From Nemertoderma westbladi (taxonomy: Eukaryota; Animalia; Xenacoelomorpha), in assembly GCA_032718475.1 (NCBI GenBank), contig JAUCBJ010009109.1:64000-127999 (forward strand): a stretch of 64,000 nucleotides of DNA, read 5' to 3'. Under the pieces are notes generated by a model that was not told the DNA's origin, did not search any database, and worked only from the letters and a program-made list of their open reading frames with translations. Below are positions 54,425-64,000 of this stretch, piece by piece (positions within the stretch are counted from its first letter, which is position 1; each line of letters opens with the position of its first letter). The position numbers were made by a program, and so were the translations under genes.

Positions 54425-54900
54425 GTTTTCTGGGACCGAATTGTCCGGTACCGAATTGTTCGGGACGAATTGTCCTAGGACCGAATTTTCTGGGACCGAA
54501 TTGTCTGGGACCGAATTGTCCGGTACCGAATTGTCCGGGAACGAATTCTCCTAGGACCGAATTTTCTGGGACCGAATTGTCTGGGACCGAATTGTCCGGT
54601 ACCGAATAGTCCGTATCTTGATAGAAATATAATTCGGACCAAAAACAATTTAATATGAAAATTGAATTACAAATATTTATATACTTATTTAGCATGATAT
54701 TAATATGTATAATAAATTCAAGAATAAAAACGAATTAAATCAATAGCTTAATTTAATTTAATTTGGTCCTGGAAAATTCGGTCCCATTAAATATGTATGT
54801 TATGGGACCGATTTTTCTAAGTCAGTATCCGGTCAATTAGGTCCCAAAACACTAAATTAAAGGGACCGAATTGACCGGGATTGAATTGTCCTGATTCCAT
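54425..54900. repeat. 15-16-bp GGGACCGAATTGTCC repeats, probably a small non-autonomous DNA element
   Basis: About 12 tandem units at 54425-54612, plus scattered direct and inverted copies to ~54895. Confidence 0.7.
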
Positions 54901-57644
54901 TTTCTTGGTGTCTGTCTTATTTTCGATATCATTTTTCATGTTTGGTGGCATCTCAACTGTCTGTCTGTCTTTACGTTTGTCTGTCAATCCGTATGTTAAA
55001 AGATATTATATCGTACCACATAGTTAAAATCTTATGAGGTTTACCTGGTCTCGGATTTCATTTCCGATGTTAGCATTATTGATTGGCTGCAATGAAACTG
55101 TTTGTATGTTATGTCAGTATTGATGTTCAGACAGACAAAAAATTTCGTCCAGGAAATCCCAAATAATGGCGAATATTTTAGAATAACGTCGTCGTTGTTC
55201 TATTTTAGATTGTTGGTATGCCGTCTAACATTTTGATGGACAAACCAACATGATGGACATGAAAAGACAGCTAGCTAGCTAGCTACAGTATTATAACTCG
55301 AGAAATAAAATATATGTGGTGAGGCCATTTTCACCTACCTATGACATTGTCATTAATTTAACATTAACATTTATTTGTCTAAAAAGGTTAAGCCTCTTAA
55401 GCAAAAAAAATTTGGCATAGAAACCCATAATTTCAATTCTCTTTCAATTTGTTTGAAATATGATTGTAGAAATATTTTGTCAAATTTTTCATGAAAATCT
55501 TAAGAGACACGAACAAAGATAAAATAAATCATACAGCCAGCTATAAAGTCCATCTATTACCTGATTGCTTATGGCTGCATGTTTTATTTTATCATTTAAT
55601 TTGCAGCCATAAGCGTGGGCGCAAATGGCCTTATGGCTGCAGGGTAAATTATTTCCATGCAGCCATAAGTCATTTAAAAAAAATAAAAGTTTCAGCTAAA
55701 TATATAATATAACATAATTTATATAGCCAATTGTGCCAGATATATGGTTCCTCCAATTCCCTATCGGGAAATATGAAGCCATAAGGCCGGTCATCTCTTA
55801 TGGCTGCATGTGACCATAAGGCCATTTTTGTGACCATAAGGCCATTGTCTTATATATGATGCAGCCATAAGACTTTACCCAATCGGGTAAAACCGGCATT
55901 ATGGCTGCATGTGAGATACATATATATATGCAATATATGCCAATTTGAGCTAAAATCGGCCGATTTGAGTCAAAATGAGCCAAATTAAAATTTTCAACTT
56001 TTTGACAAAAATGTCAAAAATTATTCGAAAAGTGTTTTAGAAAAACGGCCATATCTCACGAACCAAACAAGATCTCGCTTAGCCGTTTTCATTTTCGAAT
56101 TCTACGGAAAATTCTGCATCGAATGAAGCAATAAAACAAAAATTACATTCCTACGCTAAGGTCCGTTTCTAGGGTGGCCGCTACATATATAATATAATAT
56201 ACAATATATCGACCGAAAAGTTAAAACTGTCGGTTGTTGGCTGTCGGTTGTCGGCTTCGGTTGTTGGCTGTCGGCTTCGGTTGTCGGTCATCGGCTGTCG
56301 GTTGTCGGCTGTCGGCGTAACGTTTACACCCTCAAAATATTGCAAAATGACGAATTAGGCCTACCGCCAGTACCCCAAAAAAATTTAAAATATTTCCTTC
56401 ACTTTCGTTTATTGTTTTGGTTAGAATAAGCTGCCACTGTAACCTGCTCCTTTCCATCACCGTTAATAAACATTGTTGGCTTATTTTGGGGTAATCTTTT
56501 AGCACTTTTGGGGTATTTTGGGGAAATTTTACTATTGTTTTGGTTCGGTTCCTTTTATCTACAGCTGTCTGATAGTTTGAGCTGTTGAGTGCTGGAGTGT
56601 CTGACTGTATGTAGTATGCATTGCATATCTATCTAACCATCTTATGCTGTCATGCCTTTAACGGTACTTCTATCAGTATATAGTCTGTAGTCCAGGCCTG
56701 AGGGGCCTGTGTAGGCCTACATTTTTAAAACTGCCATTCCTGAAGTCTGCTGCTATGACTCTATGACTTAGGCTAGGGTACATTGGCATACTTCAGTAGG
56801 CCTTCTTAGGCAGCATGGCAGTTTTAGGTGTTGAGCCTGAGCGTGGATGACTACCGGTACCCGAACCCGACCCATCCTGCCATCTGCCCAGTGCAGCAGT
56901 GCCCATCAGCCTGATGCATAATATTACCTATATACCGACAGTGACAGACCGATACGACCTCAGGCAGTCAGGTGCTGACGACATACTGCCATAGAAGCCT
57001 GTAGCCCTGCAGTCATTCCATTCCATGCCAGCATGCAGCCATGTCATTCAGCCTTCGCTTCAGTGATAGCGTCTGGTAGGTCTCTATATATCTCTTTAAA
57101 GCATTCGTGCCGAAACGAAAACTGCTCTGGCTATCTGGACTGCCCGACTCCTGGAAACCAGGATGTGATCTAATCCACGACCGCACGACCTCCAGACTGC
57201 CAGACCTCGACTTCCAGGGACAGGGGGATGTGGATTCAAGGCAGCAAGGCAACTGGCTGACTGGTTTAACCACTATGTCTATACCATACACGGACTGTGC
57301 GACTGACCAAGGTGGGACTTTGACTGACTGACCGATGCCGTATTGTACCGGTACATGCGGTATTAAATCCACTCCCCTCTGGCAGTCTGGCTGTCTGGTG
57401 TAGTCGGTATTGCTGTATATTGATAACATTGACAGACTGATAGCTGAGGTCCGGTACCGGTACCGGCGGTACGTGGGTACCGGTCCCGGTACCCTTTCCC
57501 ATGAAAAAGCATTCCCTTTCCCCTAACCCTTGTAATTCTAAAGGAAGCCCATTACCGGTCCTATTCTATTCACCTATATTTTTATAATTTATTAGTTTCT
57601 GCCTATTGGTGTTATGGGTGAATGAGTGGTTTCATATTTACAAC

Positions 57645-57765
57645 TTTTGTTGGGCACAGCTTTGCAAAGTCGGCAATGACGTCCACGTCCAGGTGGGATC
57701 AAACTGGTGACCTCCGGGTTGTAAGTCTGACGCTCTAACCAAAGCTGTGCGTGTGCTCTGTGCCC
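57645..57765 (-). mobile_element. Degenerate tRNA-derived SINE
   Basis: Minus strand ..CAGCTTTGGTTAGAGCGTCAGACTTACAACCCGGAGGTCACCAGTTTGATCCC.. with A/B-box-like motifs. Confidence 0.4.
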
Positions 57766-58031
57766 AACAAAAGTTATAATATTCACCTAATGATATGGTA
57801 GTCTGGCTCTGAATACTTCTCAACTAAAGGTACCTGAAGCAATGATTTATTAGTAGGCCCTAAACTACTGAACTATCTTGCCATATTCTTCCTGTAATAC
57901 ATCCTACAGTCCTATCCCTGTATCCTGCCTTCTGCCAAACAGGCACTGTATTTTATAATGTTATAGTTTACCTACTGCTGTAGTGTATAATCAATGTTTA
58001 GGCCTAGTTATTATATATTTTTTTAATGGTC

Positions 58032-58184
58032 ATTTATATACTGGCTATTTTTGTTGATATATTGTAACATATTAAATGGATGAGAGAGAACATACGGAAA
58101 CTGATAATTTATATACTGGCTATTTTTGTTGATATATTGTAACATATTAAATGGGTGAGAGAGAACATACGGAAACTGATAATT
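58032..58184 (+). repeat. 75-bp tandem duplication spanning the first ATG of the GON4L-like ORF
   Basis: ATGGATGAGAGAGAACATACGG at 58076 and ATGGGTGAGAGAGAACATACGG at 58151. Confidence 0.92.
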
Positions 58185-61100
58185 ATACAGCACGCAGTAG
58201 TACAACGAACTCTAGACGCAAACAAAACGGGCCTGTTAAAATAATTCAAACTGCCGGTAATGGATTTATTGCTAGCAATGCAAAGTTAAATTATCCTTCC
58301 AATATTATGTCTAATGAAGACTCCAAGACTGACAATTACAACACACAGCGCTTTGACTTAGATGCTACACTTAACGTTTTAGCAGGAGGATTACCAGGTA
58401 ATGAGAGTGATAATCCCATGATAAGAGATTCAATTGTAGCAACAACTGGTGATGATAGCATCATTGTTTCTTCCAACAAATCATCATATGTACCACTATT
58501 GCAAAACTGCTCTCCTAGAAGGGGTTTACAAAGTGCTTTGTTTCCAATGAGAAAAAAAATAAGCAATGGCATTGCAACAAAACCAATTTCCAAATTGTCA
58601 GCACCTAATGTTTCCAGTTTAAGATTTAATTTAGAATCGACCCTTACATGTCTAGAAAATGACGATGCTACCAATCATTCTCACGCGGATTCTTGTTCAC
58701 TAACTTCAAAAAAGGGATCATGTGACACATTCAATGTAGAAGACACACTAGATGCATTTGGAGGCATAGTTACAAATGAAACCACAGCGATAGCTACTCC
58801 CAACATTGAAGCCCTACAAGGTGACAAACAAAAGGTGCATATTCATTCAGCTGTAAATGCAAATTCGGAATTTGATTTGGACAGCACATTACAAAGATTG
58901 GGGGATGCTATTGACCCCATAATATATGATGAAGCAAGTAATAACTGTAAAAGTATAACTAGTAACTTAGATATCACTAATGAAAGTGAAGCTGGTTTTG
59001 AATTTCAGGTTGAGACAGTCGAACATCCAGATCCAGAAAAGAACTCCGATGCAGCACATTCTATCTCAAATGATACCACATTCCATTTGGACAGCACTCT
59101 TACAGAATTAGAGCAGCATATTCATTGTCAGCCAAAATACAAACCAAGAGTTAGACAACAGCGTGGCTTAAAACAATTCTATAAAAAGAATCAACTCAAA
59201 ATAAACGAATTCCCTGATTATTTCATGTCACAATCCACACAAACACCTCAACTTCCACCATTACCTATTTTGTATAAAAGACCCACCCCAACGAAAAATC
59301 CCATATTGCAGCATGAAAAAGCACCACCACCATATGTTATAGACGAGACAGGAACAAACCATACTGCTTCTCTGAGTTATAATTCTGAACCTTTCGAAGA
59401 ACGTGGTGAGTTGACTATAGATGTTAGTAGTATGAAGAGAAAGCGAATATCAACTGAAGAATTTGTAGATGATAGTGAATTAAATAATAAGCTAACAATG
59501 AATGCTAAACGGTTTAAATTGTCTGATGAAAATGTTGAGGAATTAATAAAGCAGGTATGTAGGAATGAAATAGTCTGGGATATGGTGAGAGGTTCTGCAA
59601 ATGAAGTTGAACTACCACCAGCAAAATACGAACCTAAAATGACGCGCTCGCGACTAAAGCTAGTTGCTGAACAACAAAATCTCCCAGCTGATGTTTGGCA
59701 TGTCCCATTAAATGAAAAGAGTTCCAGTGACTGCATATTTACTGAGTTACCACTTTCTGATGATGATGATTCTGATCAGGATTTCAGACCCGATGAATAT
59801 GTTGATGATGAAGATGATAATGGTGAAATATCTCAATCAACTTCATTTATATCTACAGTTGTGATGGAAGATTCTTGTGCAAATGAAGATTCAAGCACCA
59901 TACAATATGATGTTGATAATGACAAAACAAAATTAGCAATAAGAACACGGTCACAAAAACATATAACTGATGAAGAATTTATTAATTTATTGATGAATTC
60001 TGATATTTTAGATGATGAAGTAGTAGAAACACAAGATACTGAAAGTGATGAAACACAAGATGAAGCAAAAGAGATACCCCATTGTGAATTGTTCACAGAA
60101 CGAGAAACGGACCAATGGCATCATAGTTCAAGTCCTAAAGAGCAGAGTGATTATTTGGAATTTTTAACTTCAGTTATTGATCCATCATTTTGGAATGAGA
60201 GTGATGAGTCAGATGAAGAGTATAATGTTATGGATGATACTGGTGAAGATTTAAATGATGAAAGTGATCCAGAGGAATTTCGAGATGACAGAGCAGTAAA
60301 GATTTCAAAAGGTGAACTTAATGATCTTATTGAAGACATGATAAATGACATTAAGGGGAATTCACTAACATGTTACAATAATATGCAAGATGAAGATGAT
60401 GATACCACGACCACACCACTTCTAAATGATAATAATCCAAGCAGAAAGGTAGACACTGTTAAACGCCAACTCCTTCTCCTCAGGGCTGTGGCTCCAGAAA
60501 CACAGATAGCAGAATTACATACATCCAACACCAACAATCTATTAACTCCAGAGGTGATTACATTGACACCCCAACAAGAATATTATAACAGAGAATGTCT
60601 AAAACAACAGTTGCAAATGCATGTCCAATTGCTATGTCAAACATACCTTGTGTGCATTAATGGAGTTTACAAACAAGCTGCAAAAGACTGTAAGACTATG
60701 CTTTTATATCTAGATTGTTGGAGTTATCTGAAGAATCCATTTTATAATGTAATTCCCCAAACAGGTTTAATGATAAAATCCATATGGGATATACCTTCCT
60801 TGGATGAAGCTGTTGAAATAATAAACAGTTACCAGGAAATATCCAACAATGACTCATTTGATGGTGATGATCTAACTGAACAATGCGATTCTGGTGCCAG
60901 GTTTATGCCATTGAAATTAGAAGAGAGTACCAACATGGAAAAGACTGAGAACCCTTTTAGAGATATCCAGGGCAGTAACAACTACTGGGGTTCCCATATG
61001 TTTCGCCAACTCAGCCTACCAAATAAAATGGAGCAAAGAAAACGATACCGATTTCTACAGCCTTTGCCTGTGGATGTTATACATATTATTTGCCACAGTA

Positions 61101-63904
61101 GAGTGTTTATGTACCCGGAACTTTTGCCTCTGGGAGGTCCACGAGGTGAGGGGGGTGATGCTCGCGTCATATTTACTGATGCTGAGGACCACCTCATAGC
61201 ATTTCATTTATTTCATTTAAAGTCATCATCTAAACAAGATCGAAACCGCTGCATATACAATATGGTATCAAAGCGTATGCCATCACGGAGTCCACAGCAG
61301 CTACGAATTCGAATTAAAAATTTAACCTCACGTGCATCACTTGATAACCCAGTGAAATATTTGAATGATCATAATTTATTGAAACCATTTATCATGAATA
61401 TTAAATTTGTTGCAGAGTGTGCCATTATACCCCCCATTCAGATGGCAAAACAACACATTCCATTATGGGTTTATACTTATAAATATGACATTAAAAAGGG
61501 TGATCGATGGAAAAAAGAACGCAATAACAGTGTTGAAGAAACTACAGTAAACAATAACAACAGTGTAACTAGCGGTTGTAGTGAGGTTGAGGAGATTGCA
61601 GTCAGCAGCCCTATAATGCTACCAATTTCGTCGCCCCTCATTTATGTTGCCACACCAACATCATCACATGATGATAACATTTACACCATCATTCCGTATC
61701 CAGTAATAAATGATAAAGGGGATAGTTGCAAACAACCTGTTGTAAACAACCCAGAGCCAAATGGGGCAGTGTTGGAAACACAGGAATGCGTACTACCCTT
61801 AAATGAATCACAACTAACCTCAACTTTCACTAATCAATCGTTTACTAACAGTAATTATACTACCAACAATATCAACCAAGCTAGTGATGAAGATATACTC
61901 AAGATGGTAGCCAGCTACCCATATGAACTACTAAAAAATCATGTGAGTAGAAATGTTGTACAGGATACAATTATGGATGAAACCTTGGTTGATAAACTCA
62001 CACCTGTTTCATTATTAAACCCAGATAATACAAATGAAGGGTTACAATCATCACATGTACCTGTACTGGCACCTGTATCTATTGTGACTAACAGCAGAGA
62101 TGCTGATAACTATACCCAACCAACCGAATCATTTACAGGCAATGACAGAGACAATAGTCGTGATGATATGCATATAAATGCAATTATTAATTGTAATAAT
62201 TCAGATATTAGTACCTCTGATGATATAATTACCAATAGGTGCAGTCAGTCTGAATGTTTGCAACATACTAACGAAATCATTACTGAGGAAGCTGAAGTCG
62301 AGAGTGAAATGTTGGCATCATCGATCTGCAGCAAACAACAAGAAGGTAGTAATGATTCTGTAAATCTAACCTATTCAGAAACAGGCGCTCAACATTGTGA
62401 TAAGGATCAACTCTCTGAAACAACTGCGAAAGGAAATAAGTCGCCACCTCTAATACAACGATTTAAACCGCAATACAGAAGGTCATCAAAATATACAAAG
62501 TTGGAGGTACATGAGCAGACGAACTACAGATTGGCAGAATGGTTTATAGAACGCATGGAGCAATCGCTTCCAAAAACACTGTACTGCGACTGCTTGAAAA
62601 CCTTGTCGCGATTAACTGAAGATAGTAGTATAACAATTGATAATGTATTTATGCAGTTCAACGACCTTATTGTAAATGACTTCGGAGATTTGTTAGAGGA
62701 CTTTATGTGTTTGTTGTCAGTTGAAGAGGCATTTGATATCGGGATATCATTAGAAAACGTAACAAACAGTAAGATTGCATTTGATATTATAGAACTTATA
62801 GCTGCAAATAACACTGATAAAAGCATGGAACTGCTAAAAGAACTTGCAAATGCAACAGCAACTGGTGAACAGCTCCTCGAATCTCTAAAATCATCGCAAA
62901 ATTTTGCCTTGATCAAGCAATATATAGCCCAGCATGATGTTAATGCCAAACCTCCACCATGTTGCTTAAGTGGCATAACAGAGTTTGTTTCTTTGAACGA
63001 TGATAAAATTTGCAATAAAAAAGGGGTGGAAGTTATTGACCTAACTGATAGTTTCATAGCGAGTTACTTTAAATATGGAACTCCCCTGTGTTTATGTTCT
63101 TGTCACTTTAAAGAAAGGGGAACGATTATGTCATCTCGAAAAATACATTGTATAAATTGCAGAAAAACAATATTCAGGCAATCATTCTTGACAAGGAAGA
63201 GGTCATCATTTGTTAATTATAAGTTGAGAAGGGCGAGAATGAACCGAATGTTGCGGTCGAGTGGTGGATCAGGAAATTATACTTCAGAATTATTAGCACA
63301 CAGTAGTAGTGGGAAGGACTTGGTCACGGCTGTTTCCACTGATAAAGCTGACGATGCGATGGAGGGCCTTGATGATGCTCCCACCGACTGCGACATGGCT
63401 TTTACCTTAGAAGATGACGACATTGACGATAATAAGGTTGATGAATGTGCAGACTCGATCAGTAGTGCATCGTATGATGACGATGATGATGATGACTTCT
63501 GCGACGATGACATAATGGAAGTTGTTGACGAAGGTCCAACACATGAGTACGATATTGATATTCGAGATTGTGAGGAAACAGACACGGTAAACAACAGAGC
63601 CAGCGGTGAGCTCAATGAACCAGCAAACATTAGCCATATTGACTCCACCAAATCTAAACCAGCAGCTTCAGTAGCAACAACTCCTGCAATAGATTGTACT
63701 TTAGAAATAGCCGACATGGCTGACAAAGTCCGAAAATGGTCCAGGGTAGGTGATAAATTGATTCTAAAGATGCTAATGCCAACGGGGTCTAGCTCTGAGG
63801 CCTACACTGCAATTGCTAAGGTTATTCCTGATAAATCTTTTGATGAAATTAACGATCGGTATAAACATTTAGTTACTTTACTGGGTTTGAAAGATAAATT
63901 TTAA
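58151..63904 (+). CDS. GON4L: GON-4-like transcriptional regulator (GON4L/Mute type), single uninterrupted 1917-aa ORF
   Basis: Motifs MTRSRLK, IRTRSQ, DEEYN..EEFRDDRAVKISKGELNDL, LKQQLQMHVQLLCQTY, SRVFMYPELLP, FTDAED, QLRIRIKNL..DNPVKY, C.CSCH..HC..C, and a C-terminal SANT/Myb-like WSRVGDKLIL..DKS..EINDRYKHL. Exact start uncertain. Confidence 0.88.
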   Translation: MGEREHTETDNYTARSSTTNSRRKQNGPVKIIQTAGNGFIASNAKLNYPSNIMSNEDSKTDNYNTQRFDLDATLNVLAGGLPGNESDNPMIRDSIVATTGDDSIIVSSNKSSYVPLLQNCSPRRGLQSALFPMRKKISNGIATKPISKLSAPNVSSLRFNLESTLTCLENDDATNHSHADSCSLTSKKGSCDTFNVEDTLDAFGGIVTNETTAIATPNIEALQGDKQKVHIHSAVNANSEFDLDSTLQRLGDAIDPIIYDEASNNCKSITSNLDITNESEAGFEFQVETVEHPDPEKNSDAAHSISNDTTFHLDSTLTELEQHIHCQPKYKPRVRQQRGLKQFYKKNQLKINEFPDYFMSQSTQTPQLPPLPILYKRPTPTKNPILQHEKAPPPYVIDETGTNHTASLSYNSEPFEERGELTIDVSSMKRKRISTEEFVDDSELNNKLTMNAKRFKLSDENVEELIKQVCRNEIVWDMVRGSANEVELPPAKYEPKMTRSRLKLVAEQQNLPADVWHVPLNEKSSSDCIFTELPLSDDDDSDQDFRPDEYVDDEDDNGEISQSTSFISTVVMEDSCANEDSSTIQYDVDNDKTKLAIRTRSQKHITDEEFINLLMNSDILDDEVVETQDTESDETQDEAKEIPHCELFTERETDQWHHSSSPKEQSDYLEFLTSVIDPSFWNESDESDEEYNVMDDTGEDLNDESDPEEFRDDRAVKISKGELNDLIEDMINDIKGNSLTCYNNMQDEDDDTTTTPLLNDNNPSRKVDTVKRQLLLLRAVAPETQIAELHTSNTNNLLTPEVITLTPQQEYYNRECLKQQLQMHVQLLCQTYLVCINGVYKQAAKDCKTMLLYLDCWSYLKNPFYNVIPQTGLMIKSIWDIPSLDEAVEIINSYQEISNNDSFDGDDLTEQCDSGARFMPLKLEESTNMEKTENPFRDIQGSNNYWGSHMFRQLSLPNKMEQRKRYRFLQPLPVDVIHIICHSRVFMYPELLPLGGPRGEGGDARVIFTDAEDHLIAFHLFHLKSSSKQDRNRCIYNMVSKRMPSRSPQQLRIRIKNLTSRASLDNPVKYLNDHNLLKPFIMNIKFVAECAIIPPIQMAKQHIPLWVYTYKYDIKKGDRWKKERNNSVEETTVNNNNSVTSGCSEVEEIAVSSPIMLPISSPLIYVATPTSSHDDNIYTIIPYPVINDKGDSCKQPVVNNPEPNGAVLETQECVLPLNESQLTSTFTNQSFTNSNYTTNNINQASDEDILKMVASYPYELLKNHVSRNVVQDTIMDETLVDKLTPVSLLNPDNTNEGLQSSHVPVLAPVSIVTNSRDADNYTQPTESFTGNDRDNSRDDMHINAIINCNNSDISTSDDIITNRCSQSECLQHTNEIITEEAEVESEMLASSICSKQQEGSNDSVNLTYSETGAQHCDKDQLSETTAKGNKSPPLIQRFKPQYRRSSKYTKLEVHEQTNYRLAEWFIERMEQSLPKTLYCDCLKTLSRLTEDSSITIDNVFMQFNDLIVNDFGDLLEDFMCLLSVEEAFDIGISLENVTNSKIAFDIIELIAANNTDKSMELLKELANATATGEQLLESLKSSQNFALIKQYIAQHDVNAKPPPCCLSGITEFVSLNDDKICNKKGVEVIDLTDSFIASYFKYGTPLCLCSCHFKERGTIMSSRKIHCINCRKTIFRQSFLTRKRSSFVNYKLRRARMNRMLRSSGGSGNYTSELLAHSSSGKDLVTAVSTDKADDAMEGLDDAPTDCDMAFTLEDDDIDDNKVDECADSISSASYDDDDDDDFCDDDIMEVVDEGPTHEYDIDIRDCEETDTVNNRASGELNEPANISHIDSTKSKPAASVATTPAIDCTLEIADMADKVRKWSRVGDKLILKMLMPTGSSSEAYTAIAKVIPDKSFDEINDRYKHLVTLLGLKDKF

Positions 63905-64000
63905 CAACAGTAGTATTAGTAGTAGTAGTATTGCACAATAATACGTGTTCTTGAGTTTGGTTAATATTTATGATATATTATATTCTAGAGTTTGAGTTGC

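Larger units (their letters stand above)
39160..56331. mobile_element. 17.2-kb composite TIR DNA transposon with 9-bp TSD (Mutator/MULE-like)
   Basis: Perfect 32-bp TIR GGGTGTAAACGTTACGCCGACAGCCGACAACC at 39160, inverted copy ending 56331. Direct repeat TCAAAATAT at 39151-39159 and 56332-56340. GTCGG subterminal repeats at ~56228-56315. Confidence 0.9.

Noticed and set aside
47501-54695. Repeated Cys-rich 60-140-aa ORFs
   Set aside because: Translations of the 146-bp satellite and 15-bp repeats.
56560-57510. ORFs 57013-57429, 57107-57331 and 57266-57502
   Set aside because: Low-complexity CAGT/GGTACC-rich sequence with no domain similarity I can recognise, and no MAGI WW1 or GuK motif.
58336-63726. 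Antisense ORFs within the GON4L-like gene
   Set aside because: Expected shadow ORFs of an acidic, codon-biased CDS.

Overview
Eukaryotic (animal) genomic DNA with AT-rich introns and one 100-N scaffold gap; nothing here supports a prokaryotic reading. The backbone is a minus-strand MAGI-family scaffold gene (WW2, PDZ1, PDZ2 and start of PDZ3 exons, 8.3-33.6 kb). Its introns hold about ten mostly unrelated minisatellites. Three of these arrays are tandem amplifications of the gene's own splice sites: about 73 and 22 copies of two 5' donors, and 4 copies of a 3' acceptor. The window opens in what looks like the 3' part of an LTR retroelement inserted into one of these minisatellites. It carries an intact ORF of at least 1196 aa combining a WRN/EXD-type DEDDy 3'-5' exonuclease domain, three CCHC zinc knuckles and an RG-rich tail. 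On the plus strand are three genes with uninterrupted CDSs, possibly nested in a MAGI intron: a TM-type tRNase Z-like protein lacking the flexible arm, a GXYLT-like GT8 xylosyltransferase and a 1917-aa GON4L-like protein. A 17.2-kb composite element with perfect 32-bp TIRs and a 9-bp TSD (39160-56331) holds a MITE, two head-to-head transposase remnants, LINE fragments, a 146-bp satellite and a ~3-kb-offset duplication. Family assignments come from motif recognition by eye, not database searches.
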